A stretch of 62,153 nt of DNA, the filler included, from Rhabdomonas costata (lineage: Eukaryota): NCBI GenBank assembly GCA_019059605.1. It is 22 parts of 22 records of this genome, joined end to end, with 100 filler letters (N's around TTAATTAATTAA, not from the genome) between each part and the next. Parts side by side here need not be neighbours in the genome. Positions count along the whole stretch, not along the records: positions 22,644 to 25,373 come from JAHMHO010002221.1; positions 25,474 to 28,204 come from JAHMHO010002222.1; positions 28,305 to 31,036 come from JAHMHO010002223.1; positions 31,137 to 33,865 come from JAHMHO010002224.1; positions 33,966 to 36,695 come from JAHMHO010002225.1; positions 36,796 to 39,533 come from JAHMHO010002226.1; 16 more parts are not named here. One strand, 5' to 3'. The translations under genes and the position numbers were made by a program. Shown here piece by piece: positions 24,302-38,260 of the stretch (position 1 is the stretch's first letter; every line of letters begins with the position of its first letter). Under the pieces are notes generated by a model, which was given only the letters and a program-made list of their open reading frames with translations, was not told the DNA's origin and did not search any database.

Positions 24302-25773
24302 GGGAGTGATAATATTGGAGCACCATGAGAGAGATATGCGTGGGGCAACGGGAATGCGTTGCGAGTGACAACGCAGCCACATTCACACCAACTACAGCGG
24401 CCCCACACCTGTGCTGAAGAAATATAAGCTCCCACACAGCGAAGGTTCTTAAGCCTAACTCGTCCTGGGCTAGCTAAATCAGCAGGTTTACTGAGGCATC
24501 TTGCCTTGTGAGTGATAGGTGCTCTTTAGGGGGGGAAGTGCTGTCGCTGAAGTACTATATAGAATCATGATCACCGACCTCTGGGTCGCCCTAACTGCGC
24601 GGCTGGGGGAAGGGCTCCCAGATGTCTCTCTTGGTGCTCAGGCTATCTTTCGTAGTTTCTGAATGCCTCTCTCTTTCGTCTGTTTGTGGCCCTTGGAGGA
24701 TGAGGAAGGGGGGCGAGTGAAGAAGCCGGATCACCCTCTGGCTTCAGTGCGATGTAGATTTGCAGATCTCATCCCCCACCCCCGTCTGTCTTACTCGGGC
24801 TGAGTTCCTGCAACCCGTTTCCCTATCATGTCTCGTGAAAGACCGTGCTGGCGGGCGCTGCGCTTTTATTGTGAGTTTGCTTTTGCACTTCTGCGGGGCT
24901 CCAAGGGTTTGTTTCACAAGAATTGCCCGTGCATCACCGAGCACCAATATGAATTCTACTGAAACGAAAACCAACCAGGCAACTTGACACTGAGGTTAAA
25001 TGCATGTGGAAAAGGTTTCCTCGATTTCCGGCATCTTTGTATTTTGCTAGCGTTGCGGCAAGGCGACAGTGAGGTAGTGGCAGCGGTGTGGGTGATAAGG
25101 AGGTGGTGGTGGGAAGCAGGTTTGGATGTTTTGGGGGTGCAGAGTTTGGGTAAAGGGACCGAAGCTGGGAAAGGGAGTGGTTGCGTTGACATGAGAAAGC
25201 CCTCCTCCCGAAACTGTGCAGCCATCCGCAGAAACTCGCTCAATTCCCGCATTTTTATCAGGTCCGGCTGTCTCTTTCTGTTTTTTTGGTATTTCTTGAC
25301 GGCCCTTATATATCTTGGAAAAGGTCCCCCTCCTTGCCCTCAGAGCAACTCAGGAAAGTCCTAAAAAACCAACNNNNNNNNNNNNNNNNNNNNNNNNNNN
25401 NNNNNNNNNNNNNNNNNTTAATTAATTAANNNNNNNNNNNNNNNNNNNNNNNNNNNNNNNNNNNNNNNNNNNNGTGGTGGGTGTGTTTGGTGTTTTGGGT
25501 GATAGACTTTTAACATCGTTAAATGGTTGGAAACTAATAAAATCGATATCTAGAGGTCGCTGATACGTATTCCTAACCCCCCGATAACTTCCTCATTTTT
25601 GATGCGTGATGTGTTGCAGTGTTAAGCTTTTTTATTGTTTAACGCTGATAAACGTCGAAAGTCAAAGGCATCCTCATGCTGTTCCCCGCTCCTTCAGAAC
25701 CTCCTTAGAAACTGTGGCCGTCCCGAAAAGGGATGCTGCGGGTGATCGTGTGCTGCCTTGAACTCGTTCACAG

Positions 25774-27910
25774 AGTGCTGGTGCGGGGGTTCGCCTGGGG
25801 ATGACCAGTGTGCTGGCGACGGTGATGTTCGTGGACATCGTAGACTTCACCCGGATGTGCGAGTGGGCCACCCCAGACATCCTGGTGGGCATCCTGGGGG
25901 ATTACCTGGGACATGCCTGCAGCTGCATCGTCAGCACCAACGGCATGCCCACGCTACATTAAGTTGTTCCTTCATTGCATTTCCCCGGGTTTGCTGTTGG
26001 CGAGAGAGTAGTCGGAGAGTATACGGAGGGCCTTCGCTTTCCCACGGAGTGGCATGTAACACGGAGCGGGGTTGGAGTCGGGGAGATCACTGGGGAACAT
26101 GTCTGGTGTGGGGTGTCTTCGGGGGTCGGTCTCGGTCCTGTGTGAATGCTGCCCGTCACGTTCAGGAACGGTGGACAAGTTCATTGGCGATGCCGTGATG
26201 GCGTTCTGGTGTGTGCGAATATGCAGGCGTTTGGGGGCTCTCCTTCATGTTGGGGGGTGACGGTTTCCTGTGTTAACAATTGCTTGAATGAAGTTATCAG
26301 GAGCGCAGTAAACCACGGTCGGCGCTCCTAACGGAGATACGACCTCCTCTTACTCACTCTTGTTTCTCATCAGTCAGCAGCCAATTTGAGGTGTGCTTAG
26401 AATGCTTATTTGCGCAGCACTGGCACAGTCTACTGAATCCCTAACCCCCAAATTAAATCATTGCAGTGCTCGCGCGTGGCCGTAGCCACGCCCCATCAAC
26501 TTCAATTGGGCCCTCTAATTCCATTTCGCACCCATATATTGCCCTCCTCCTTCTGCATAACTTTTGGTGGGCCCTATATCTCTTCAGAGCTCAAGAAAAA
26601 GCAAGTGCCGCGCCGGAATTTTAACACTGTACAGAGTGATAACCGCCGATCGTGACAGCGCCCACGACCCTTGGCCCAAAAACAAACCAAAATCGCGCGC
26701 AGGAACGCCCCGCAGCGAGTTATGCACCACCCCCGGCGGGCCTGTGGGGCGGCCTACGCTCTGGTGAGTGGGCTGACAGAGCTGAACGCGCTGTGGGCGG
26801 AGCGGGGTTGGCCCTCGTTGCGGGTCCGAGTGGGGCTGCACACGGACCAAGTCCTGGTGGGCAACGTGGGGTGTGACGAGCGCATTAACTACACCGCCTT
26901 GGGTATGTTACCCCTCTCGCCCCATCGCAGGACACCACTCTCACAATCACTATCTCTCGCTGCTCCTATAATGCCTCTCCAGTTAGAAAGGGGTAGGCCA
27001 ATGATGAGACCTCGAAAGCAACAGCCCCAGTCCCCCGGGCAGCGGCTTCAGCTGATTCCCGAACAGCACCATCCGCTCGACAGCCAGAAGCAGACCGTGA
27101 CACCTCGGCATCAGATTATGATTACGAGGCACACGTGACTCTGCAGTTCGTCTGTATCCTCGTACGCACACGTGCTTCCTTCTTTTCTTCGTTCAGTTTT
27201 TTATTCGTACTCCGTTCACACAAAATGGTGTGTGTGTTGCTTATGTACGGCATTTGGCGGCCCCTCACCTCTCCTCCGCCAATCTGGCTCCTTCGACCTC
27301 ACTGAAAGGGAACCACCCCCCGCGCTCAAATTTTCTGAGGTGGAGGATGGAGCCCCTTGATTAATTCTAGCAATCCACGATTTTGCCCACCACTCCATAT
27401 TTTTATTACTCGCTTTGGGCCATCACACCCATAAAGATAAAGTGGCTGCATTTCTGGAGTGTTGTAAAAGGGGTACGAAAGACCGGAAGTGGGTGGGGGG
27501 AGGGGGTGAAAGATCAAGAAACCCTGCCTCCCCAACTACCGACCCGCACAGCGTTTCGGAGACCTGCGGCACCCATAAAAGACCCCGGGCCTGTTTTGGG
27601 ATAAGCCCTTCATTGGCTTGTCCCCTTAAACCACGCTGCACTCACTCCATGGCCCCGAAACGTCTCTTTGTGTACGGTGACTCTTTGTGTTTGCTTTTGG
27701 TTTGGTTTTTTCCTTTCGTCCTGGGCCTCCCTGCTAGAACCCAGGCACTAGTGTGCCCTGTAGCTGCTGTGCGTTGGTCTTCTTTTGAGTGGCCTCCTGG
27801 GTGGGGTGGGCGCTCAATGCGCAGGGGATGGGGTTAACGTGGCCGCTCGACTGGAGTCCCTTGGAAAGGTGTACGGGGTCACCGTGAGCGTTTCCGATGC
27901 CGTGGTGCAG
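25774..27910 (+). CDS. Class III adenylate cyclase catalytic domain; exons 25774-25942, 26166-26208, 26703-26902, 27825-27910
   Basis: ATVMFVDIVDFT, GTVDKFIGDAVMAFWNAP, RVGLHTDQVLVGNVG..ERINYTALGDGVNVAARLESL. Both metal-binding Asp, the specificity Lys and the Asn/Arg pair are present. First intron is GC-AG. Confidence 0.95.
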
Positions 27911-28584
27911 GTCTTCCCTCTCAATCCCCGTAGCTCACTGCATTCCTGGCATCGTCAGCTGGGGCAGTCATCAACCCACCACTATCGATGCGTGGCGGCA
28001 CGTTGCGGTGGCCATAGTGTCCTGGCCACCTTGGTCTCATACAGCAGGGTAGCCGTCTCACCACCACTGGCAGCATCACAAGTGAGAGCCTTCTGAAACA
28101 GACTGACGATAACTAAGTGTTGCTTGTCTGAAATCCTGGAAAACACGCAGAAGAAGTTCAAAAAAGGAGCCCTTTCCTCCAGAATTCCAGTCCGCCAACC
28201 ACAANNNNNNNNNNNNNNNNNNNNNNNNNNNNNNNNNNNNNNNNNNNNTTAATTAATTAANNNNNNNNNNNNNNNNNNNNNNNNNNNNNNNNNNNNNNNN
28301 NNNNTGTTTGTGTGTGCTACCGGTCCCTCACTGCCTTGGCGTCACCGCCTGTGGGTTTATGCCATAGCCTAGCATCCATCACTAGGTCTTTCATCTGACG
28401 CCCAGATACGCCAGGTATCGCATGTGTACTCGTGGTACGGTTAGGCGTTGGTACCAGCACCGCTGATTGCTCTCTCGGAGATGACGAAAATGACACAACT
28501 TCGCACATCGGAAATGTTAACGTGTGGTACTGGTCATGCGAGTCACTCGTCGTAGTATTCGTCCATGCGTATCGTTGTTGCACC

Positions 28585-29130
28585 TTACAGGCTGTTGTCC
28601 CTGGAGTAGCTTTTGCCCTTGGTTCGGTGGGCGATGTTGGCCTTCCAACGCTGGAGATCCCAAGGGACTTCCTTGAAACCGGATGCAGAGACCTCCGAAG
28701 AGTGAAGACCGAAAGCAAAGACCCAAAGGCAGGAATACCCGAAGCATGAACCCCTCGACTCGGAGACACTAACACCTTGAATGCCTGAACCCAACGCATG
28801 AACACCGAACCCCAAGACCTCAAAACCCTAGTCATAAATCACGAATACCTACTGCTGAAAAAACATGTATCCTCCCTGCACGCGAAATTTAAAACCGACG
28901 CGAGAAATTGACCCGGGTGGTACCAGCTTCATCTCAGGACGCATGTGCATCTCAGCCGACCTTCCTGCATCTTGAGACCCTAGACACCAACTACCCACAC
29001 ACTGATGGAGTCTAGGAAATGCAGACACCCACCTGACATGGATGCCTACCCCTAAGAGACAGGGGGTGGAATTCTGAGGGCGGTTGGGACCTCCACCACA
29101 CCTTGAGACCCCGGGATACCAGACCACTCA
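28585..29130 (-). pseudogene. Possible decayed non-LTR retrotransposon C-terminus
   Basis: Frameshifted fragments CREDT/HVF and WDLQRWKANIAH resemble the zinc-binding and W.IW..RN tail of L1-type ORF2. Weak. Confidence 0.2.
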
Positions 29131-32100
29131 TGCCTACCATGATGGGCTGTTGGTACACTAGACACCTCCTGGTGGACCAAAAGACCCCTCCATACCCTGG
29201 TCCTAGGCGCAGATCTTGATGCAATAAATAATCTTATCAAATAATTGGTATGTATGCGCTTCTACCAAAAAGTTCGTCGGTGTCTTCAATGAACTTCATA
29301 TTACTGCAACATATTCTGTACATTGGAGGACATTTGCGTGGAATTGAGCGGAACGGTGAGCGTCTCACCGTGCAGCCAATAAGCCTCATGTGGATACTCC
29401 AAAGGCACTTAAAATGCATGATGATCAGTCGTAGGTTGCGTAGAGAAGGACTTTTCTGTGCAAAAAAACAACTTCCCACGCTTGCTTCGTCGATGGTGTT
29501 TGAACTTCATCACATTTACTTCATCACATTCCGTTGAATGCATGGATACAATAATGTGATCATGTTTATCAATGAATTGTGAAACAGCGCAGTCATGAAG
29601 ATCGCGCATGTTTGGACCTTAGAGAAATTACCTTTTGTACAAAAGGTGGTTGTAATTTAGATTGTACTGTGCTGCAGGAACTTTGGATTGATTTACTGAC
29701 AGAAAATATCCCAGGTTGCTTCTTGATATGGCTGAGCCCAAAAGAATGTGTTCTCACAATGCAATGGGTGCGCACTGGATGGTCTCCATAACCCATGGCA
29801 TCAAGTGATCAGTGTGTATACAGACGCTCATGGTTCTTTTTAATTTCCAGAACTTGTTTTCATGTGATGATGATGCCAAACGCTTTATGTATCCTCAGGT
29901 CCATTTTATTTCTGATGTAGTCTGCTTCAGTGAATAAGTGACCAGATCTGAAAGAATTAAATTGACAGATTAGTTGTTTTGCAAGAAACTATTAAAGTGG
30001 TAGCAAAAATATATAACTCAGGTTAAAAATGTGCTTTATTTGTCTACTTTAAAACAAAGCATGAAAAAACAAAATTGTACGGTGGATGGGAATGGTGGAC
30101 CGTGGCTATAAAAATCCATGTTTTCTTGAAAAACGTGATTAAGTAATGCTGAGTTAAAATGAGTGGAGCATGAAGTCTCGTTTTGTTCCGCATCCCACAA
30201 GGTGGCTTGGCAAACGAAGCCTCGTCAGCGTCTTCGGTTTATTTATTGGTGTGGCGGACTGCCTTGCCATGCAACCTAAATAGCAACGCCATTGGAAATT
30301 GAGAGTTAACTGCACGCACGCCGTCAAAGCTTGCATGTTGTGTGTAGAATCGTTTCAGTTTGATAGAAGGATGACACCAGACCGATGTAAGGCGGTTGAC
30401 ATTAGATGAAAATATAACAGTCAATACGGCGTCTGAAGAACAGATTACATAAATTCTATTTAGAACTCTGTTACTGAGTTTTATAGATTTTACGAAATTG
30501 CATAATGGGCATGGACAAGACGCATGAAACACAATCCAGTGGCTAATGAAAAATGTTAGTAGCTTTTAAGTGAACATCTACATGCCGTTACAACTTCAAC
30601 ATAGTGTGTGAATCATTCATCACTAGTGACACTTTTGCTTGGCATGCATGTTTTGCACCTGATTGTTGCGCCGAGACGGAGGTGCGGTGAAATTTCACTA
30701 AACGTTCCATTAGCATTAAGCCGCTTTAATGCGCATGAATGGCTGTGAGCCACGAAAGCTCCGCAGTACAAACCAGCTCGTGCACTTCAAAGATAAGCGC
30801 AAAGTAAATACCCAGACACGCTAAAAGCTAAAGCGCGCTGATTGACCGTCGCTACATACACACAATGGCACGGAGCGTGTTGAGAGCCTTGGGGAGAGGG
30901 CTCAGCAACCAGTTACTGATAACACTGAACCCTCGATTGCTTTTGCAACACGAACGCCCGTCATGATCTTCACCTTCGCATCTCCCAAGTTGATCAAAGA
31001 ATTGAAATTATAAATGAAATTAGAGCCCCACACCACNNNNNNNNNNNNNNNNNNNNNNNNNNNNNNNNNNNNNNNNNNNNTTAATTAATTAANNNNNNNN
31101 NNNNNNNNNNNNNNNNNNNNNNNNNNNNNNNNNNNNAACGAAAACGTTGAGTTTTGCAGTTCAACCTTGACTAAAAAAGCTCGTGCTTGCGTTTGAATTG
31201 TAACCAGCACCAGTCAATCAAATGTCGCACAATGCACAGCCCAAGTAAATGTCCACTCTACAAACTGGATACTCGCTCGTATCGTTTTAGCACAGCGGCA
31301 GCGGCCGCAAGAAATCTTGGCTCATCGATATTGCCGTCATCTTCTAAGTCAAAGAAATGAACCCAACAAAACACATGAGGACACAAAAATAGTTTCTTTT
31401 CAGAGCGCCTGGCCATACTAACAACTTGTATCCAACCATTACTGACAACGTGCATCCATAAATGCGAGGGGGTCACTCAACCTCAAATGGATTCATGGGA
31501 CAGAGCGGAGAGAGAGATAAGATAGGCGGAAAGCTGTGTCAAACTCCATAACTGATGCATGTCCAACGAAGGTCCATCAATGCGCGTTACGGAAGCGCGT
31601 TGTGGATTATGCGATTTACCCACGAAAGGCTCTACCTAAAACAAAATTCGGACCAATGTATATAGGGTGGGAATTGCACGATGATCCAAAGAATAGCAGA
31701 ACAGACTGTGTAAACATGGTTGCATTTTGCGTTGGTATTGCGAATAAACCTTCGCAGTCATAGTAACAGTAAAACTCTGATCTCCTTTCTCCTTCCTCAA
31801 AAGGAAACACACCAGTTGCGACCCACGTTCGGTCACAAGACGTGTTGTAGCGAAACTTCGTGCTCAGCTTGATGCGTGACGAGAGCATTCCCGCCAAGTG
31901 GGAAAAGCGAGAGCTGTCAATGACCTGTGATAAAGCAGCTGCTATCTAGAACAAAGCCTGGTCCAAAATGTGAGTCCGCCGCCGGTGCGCAATTGTTGCT
32001 ATCCATGGCAACTTATAACACCCAAAAGAAGTTTATTTTTGCACCCATCTCGTTTGTCCTTCACAAAATCAATGATACATGGTAGGAAGAACTTGGGGTT

Positions 32101-32289
32101 TTTCTTTCGATATTACTTCAGCGACAATCCTGGGTTACCCGTAATTCTTGAACTTGTAAATAAATTTGAAAGCCAAACTATTATTGGATTCTGCGCTCCT
32201 GTAAAGGAAACTGTGCCAAATACCATATAACCTGACAGGTCACCTCAACTCACACAGGGTTGTTATTGTCAAACATCCACAGAAGAAAA

Positions 32290-33690
32290 AAACTTGCCCC
32301 ACACACCAACACATCCGCGAGCACAAATGAGTGAAAAGTGGTCGTAGGCTCAGTGTCCAGGTGGATTTGTGCGCCAGGAAATGAGGCAGCTAACTGCCCA
32401 GCCATCCTGCCGGTCAGTAGCCGCGGGGACGAAGAGACGACGTGTACCGTGCACAGGACAGCTCCTTGGCGTTTCGCGGCCCCGCGGCTACAATACGGCG
32501 AGAAGGTTGAGCAAGGCAGCAGCTCACAGACTCTTTGCAGAACGGCCTGCGAGCATGGTGTGTGTGGGGAGAGGGGGGGAGGGTGAATAATGTGTCCTGC
32601 GCGAAACGGACGGGGCCTGTTGAGAGAGTAGGGAGGGACTCTCCGTCGGTCAATTTCTATTGCCGAAGGTGGGTTTCTGTGGACGCATAAGTGATGTACA
32701 CATGTGCGTTTGCAGACGTTAAAGGAACTTGGTGCTCGTGACGATTTGCTGACAGACTGATTGAGACTCACGGGAGAGAAGACTCACCGCAAGGAGAGAA
32801 ACATCTGGTTGGCGTTTGGGTAGCTGTGAAGGAACAGCCAACAGGGGCTCATGAAAGTCAATACAAAGAGGGCCTAAACGGAATGAGCGGGAAGAAAATC
32901 CCCTGGGACTAAGCCAACACATGATATGAAGGGCACAGGAATTTTCTTCTGGCCTCTGTCCCGTCCCCCGGAAACGTGTTACTCCCTTGTATCTTCCCTT
33001 ACGTTATCGAAGCCCCACCTGAAAGTAAGACGTGGGCTTCACTCGGAGCGACTGCTTGTCATTGGGCCTCCAGACGTCTCCCCTCCTCAGGTGAGCCACC
33101 ACACGCAGCGGGGCCGAGGAAGAGCCATTCAAGCAGCCCCATAACGGGCAAGCTGGTGAACTGCCCCACACACGAAAATATAAACGCATGCAAACAACCA
33201 AACACCCACCCAACTATTGCACCCCTTTGGGGCACAGAGGAAAAATGGGTCAGAAGAAATCTCAACAATGAACAACTGAATGATTGAGTGAGGTTGATTT
33301 TCCCATCGAGTCATCGGAAATGACTCGAAACTGTGAGCCCTCACACATTGTCTGATGCTGTATTGGTAGAAGAAAATGCATCCTTTCCATAGTTTTTGCC
33401 GCTCTGATTTCAAAGGCGAGTGTATGCGTACCCCAAATCAAGCGGTATGCCTTTTGAAAGATGGGAGTGCGCACCGTCGGCGGGCCAGCCCATAGGCCGT
33501 TCTCCAGAAAGGTGCTGTTGGGCAGTGATCAAAGGTGTCGGAGTGCTCCGCCAGCACGTACCGTGTCCCCGGGCGGAAGCCCGCACGGATCTCCTTGTGG
33601 GCATTCACAAGGCTCAGCCGGCGGGGCATCTGGACAGTCTCCCAGTGCCGCTTTTCTCCCGGAGCAGTGCGGGGGTGAAGTTGGGGAAGC
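32290..33690 (-). CDS. Fucosyltransferase-like glycosyltransferase (HxRRGD motif, GT11/GT23-like), partial; exons ~33690-33475, 33160-33019, 32546-~32290
   Basis: LRVVAHLRRGDVW...PTSYFQ|AVLQRV...IHLDTEPTTTFHSFVLADVLV. In-phase GT-AG junctions. Confidence 0.72.
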
Positions 33691-34023
33691 AGGGAGGAGG
33701 GATGGACTGAGGATGACATCGAAACCAACTTAAACTTTCATCTTCGCATCAATAATTCCGCAAAATTTGAGAACTTTTCGGTAAAGCTCTCTGCCGCCCC
33801 TACCAAAACCCCCTTCCGTCCCTATGCGACACCCACTTTTTCAGGGAAAGGCGGAAGAAGCAACANNNNNNNNNNNNNNNNNNNNNNNNNNNNNNNNNNN
33901 NNNNNNNNNTTAATTAATTAANNNNNNNNNNNNNNNNNNNNNNNNNNNNNNNNNNNNNNNNNNNNGTGTGTGGGAGGGACCAAAAGGATCGGATGCACAC
34001 AAAGGGTTGTGCGCGTTACACCT

Positions 34024-36104
34024 TTACTGACCCGTAGCCTGCAGCTGCTTCAGTCGCCAATCGTTGATCGCGTCCCGCAGGAAACGGTTAGCAATTAGCT
34101 GGGCCTTCTGGAGGGGCTGCCGGGTGAAGGGATCGGTGCCGCTCTCCTCAACCCACTTCGTTATCTCGATCCTGCCAACGATGCAGCGTCGAAAACGGAT
34201 TCGAGAGATTGGAATGAAAGTGCAGTTACCCCGTGAAGGCCATTAGTCCAGCAGAGCGCTAATCTGCAAAGAGATGACGCCGACGACGCGGGGCCCATCT
34301 CCCATATTATTAGCCAAGGCGGGAATATCATTCACACAAGCTTGCGCACAAACATCACCTCACAACACGCCGCATACACACACACACACACACACACACT
34401 CACTCACACCGGTCGTAGCTGATGCCCGAGGGGGTGATCACTGGGTCCACCATCACCTGCTGCGAGATCGGGCACGTGAAGCCGTGCGGGATGCTTCCAT
34501 CCACGGGCTCCACGGGAGGGGGGGCCAGCCGAGCCACCAGCGATCGCCACAGCTGGGGATTCTCCGAAACTAAAACCACACTGCGGCGGATAAAATACCA
34601 CAGGACAACAGCGGCGACAACCATAAAGCCTACCACGGTGATCCGGGGGTGGGCCAGGATGGACTGAAGGATGAGCTCCGGGCAGCGCTGGATCATCGCC
34701 CTCACCACAGCCCACGCCTTTGGTAGAGAGTATGTTCATTTTGGAAATCGGAGACATATACATCATCGTGAGAGTGACATTAGTGTAACCGTTCAACAAA
34801 AAACGGTTTGGTATGAACGGCAGCAACATGGAAGCAGGGTCAGGGATCCACGAGACACCATTCACAGACGCAACCAGCCCAATAAACTCTTTGGAGGAGG
34901 GGTGCGTTATTAGTGGTGACGGTTTCAAAAAAAAAAAGAACAAGGACTGAAAGTTCCCTCGAAATGACTATATTTTAGTGCAAGGGGGTAAAAACTGTGG
35001 CGAGGCTTCTGAGATGAGTTTCTGTTAGGGTTCAGGAGATTTGAATGAGGGTGGGACTATCCATATACTGCTAGCCTAGGACCAGCCGTTGGGCTTTGGT
35101 GGGCGAGTGGGACGACCTTCGTTGATCATGGAGGCCAAAGCGGGCCTGAGGCCTGAATGTGAAATGGGGGCTTAACTGAACTATTGTCGCCGCACCGTCC
35201 AGCATGAAGAATTGTCACTACTGAGAAACGTTCCAGGAAGAAGTCTGCTTTTAGTGCAGTCTACTATCAATCCACCCTCGGGGAGATCGTGTTCTGTGTT
35301 CAGAGGAGCGAAAGAAGCATGAGGGGCCCCCGCTACACCTCATTTGCTTTGGAGGCCGCCACGGAAAACTGTTGGGGCACGGTGGACGCAAGCCTGTCTC
35401 CAAGAAGCAGCACACTCTCCACAGGCAGGGCCCCGGTATGGCTGGAGGAGGCAGTGGCAGAGGTCGCAGGGTCGAGCCCCACTCAGGCGATCTTTTTCAC
35501 AATGTCTGCCCCTCCCCCCGTCTTTTCTCGGCAGCTCACGCTTCCAACACCCAGCATCATCATTGTCACTGGTTTTCACACGGCTCTGGATCGTGAGCCA
35601 TTAGGTTTTTCCCCCTATAGAGCAATGTCTCTCGTAACTCTAATCCCACTCTCCTTCCATGAGTGAGGTGAGCGGGGAGGGGTGTCGCAATCACTACAAA
35701 ATTTCTGGATCCTTTCCTCCATAGCACATGTCCTCCATATTTGTGCAATATTTTCTATCTGCACGGTTCTTGCGTAAAACCTTATCAACGAATGGAAATG
35801 CCCAGCCACAGCCACGCTGCCTTCAAAAATTCGTTTCCATGGATTTCGAAACCGCAGAGGCGGTAGAGGGGCCCGACCCTGAAGCAGTGGCAGCAGTTAC
35901 CGCCCCGGAGGTTGTCCGGAGGTGCCGGAAGGTGGAGACGGCCTGCAAGACAAGCGCGGCTCCGCAGCCCCCCTGCAGAAGGGAAGGCAGGGCTACCGCA
36001 GAGCTCTCCGGGCACTCCCCAGGGACGAAGGCAGTGAAAGAAGGGGGCCGAGCCGCAACAGGGGGAAACGTACGCCGCACCCCGAAGGCCGTCTTGGAGA
36101 ACAT
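34024..36104 (-). CDS. Membrane-anchored U-box E3 ubiquitin ligase-like protein, multi-exon (N-terminal exons less certain)
   Basis: TM helix ITVVGFMVVAAVVLWYFI, then U-box IPHGFTCPISQQVMVDPVITPSGISYDR|IEITKWVEESGTDPFTRQPLQKAQLIANRFLRDAINDW. Stop at 34024. Confidence 0.85.
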
Positions 36105-37178
36105 CCCGCCTTCTTGGCCGCAGGTGAGAGAAAACAGACACAAACCGGAGCTGCGTTCACAAAAAAGTAGAAGAGACCCTCCGTACTTCCGTACGCCTTC
36201 TCTCAGGCTCAGCCCGCCATCACAAGCAGCATAGCTGGGGCACTTTGCATTTGCCGATATGGGGAGCCTGCAAGGTCTAGCTCACGGGTGATGGAGGGCA
36301 CGGGGCAGGCTACGGGCAGATGCGGAAAGTCCTGCAGCTCTCTCGTTACCATACACTGTCCGAAACAATTTTTCACATGAATAGCACACCAGCTTTTTCA
36401 GCTTGTCTTTCACGAATGGGTGCAAATGCAAAGAGCTCTCAGCATACGTACTCGCACGCTAGAGAAAGACATGGTACAGGGACAACGTGGGATGAAGGGA
36501 AAGGGTCCAATGGATTGGAATGGGAGGACGCAGGGGTACAGTGGGAAGTCGCTATTAATGGCAACATGCCTGTGGGAATGGGAGTGGGACGGCGACCTGG
36601 TAAACGCTCACCGGTAAACGGCACCACAACATGATACCCGGGGGGTGAGGGACTACCACCCAAGTTGTTCCGACTTGTGTGTGTGTGTGTGTGTGNNNNN
36701 NNNNNNNNNNNNNNNNNNNNNNNNNNNNNNNNNNNNNNNTTAATTAATTAANNNNNNNNNNNNNNNNNNNNNNNNNNNNNNNNNNNNNNNNNNNNGTGTT
36801 GTTGTTCATGCTTCCCGCATGGGGTGTTCCGTTCGCTAATAGGAATTTTTGAACACAGAAACAATTCACCACTGTTTAGTGAAAGTTGTACACGGCAAAT
36901 TACAAACAGTAGACAACACACACAACAAGGAACACGCGGTCGCTCCCTAACCCTACCCAGTCCGAAATCAGGCCAAACCACTCCCACAAGTTCAAAACAC
37001 GTGAAAACCACACTTTCGCATCCAAGGCAATGGAGAAAACAGATCAAAAACCACTCGGAGTTGTACGTAGCGGACCCTCCGGGTCCAGGGCCTTGAGCTG
37101 CTCAAGCACTCCTGTAATTGGTCGTCATGGGGTGAGGAGGGAGGTGTGACCTGGATAGTCCTCTCTCGAAACAGCACT

Positions 37179-38260
37179 TCAGGACTTGAATCCTTTGCTG
37201 TTCAGACAGTTCCGACCCAGGGGAGCGGGCAGTCCACTCCGTTGTGACTTAAAGCTGAGAAACCGTGCACACAGTTTCCGGAGAGGTGTCGAAAGAACCA
37301 GCTTGGGCAGAGCCAACCGTAAAGATATGGAACGCGAGTCAGGGCGGCAGCGCAAAGAGCGGAGGTGAAAGCTTCCGCGAAATGCGTACGGCAACGACGG
37401 AATATGCTCCATGGATGGAACGTGTTTTGAAAGTATTGCATCTGCGAGCTGCCCGGTAGGTTGTGGAGATCCAGAAGGGCAGTTAACGGGATTTCGGACA
37501 ACACCACGCATGCGAAAGAAGAGGGTGAGGAGCCATTTCCTGAGCGTTTTGTTTTCCGGCTGGCAAACCATCCACCGAGAGGCCACAATGTCGACAGCAT
37601 CGATCAAAGTTCGACATCGCTCACCCACCCACCGCCTGAAGCTTGCCAGCCACTGGGGCGGGAGGCAACTTAATGAAGCACTGAGGAGTCCATGCAGCTG
37701 CCGCCAGGGATGCGAACGTCCGCAGTAGGGCGAGCAGGGCGGCCGAATGTCTCCAACATTGGGACCCACCTGCTGAGCTGTCGCAAGGCTTATTTTTGGT
37801 TGCGCCACAATCTGTTACGCCACGTCCTGTTGGGCTCGCTGCTCACCTCGGGGTTTCGCGCCGAGAAGGAAGTCGACATTGCGGGTTTGGAAGGGCCCCG
37901 GTGCCCGATCTGTCCTCTGAGCAGACCACTGCAGCTGAGGAAGAGAAACGGAAACATACTACCACCCGTTCCAAGATGGGTCACGGTGTTTTGTGCCGTC
38001 TGGCATGGACACGCTGGGGCAACTCGGCTCCTCCGCCCTCGCGGAGCACGTCTTTGCGGACCTGTACTGCGGAGCGCGGGCGGCGTGCCAACCCGATGAC
38101 GAAGTTGAAGGACTGCAGCGGCTACTCTCCTTCCGCACTCGCCTGGCATGCTCCACCACCACCATTGTCGGGACGCAGTTGGCTCCCCGTCGGCTTGCTT
38201 CACATCGGGGACAACGGGAACCAGGAACCAAGGCGGGCTCTCGCCTCGGTGTGACAGCAC
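37179..38260 (-). mobile_element. Decayed CRE-clade-like non-LTR retrotransposon, N-terminal part of ORF
   Basis: Degenerate zinc finger CSPYCGR...LHGLL...WLASFRRWVGERCRTL and ILSKHVPSMEHIP...LALPKLVLSTPLR resemble the pre-RT region of CRE elements. Frameshifted; RT not in the contig. Confidence 0.55.

Noticed and set aside
29237-30600. AT-rich stretch with short ORFs suggestive of a decayed transposase
   Set aside because: No recognisable catalytic motif in any frame.
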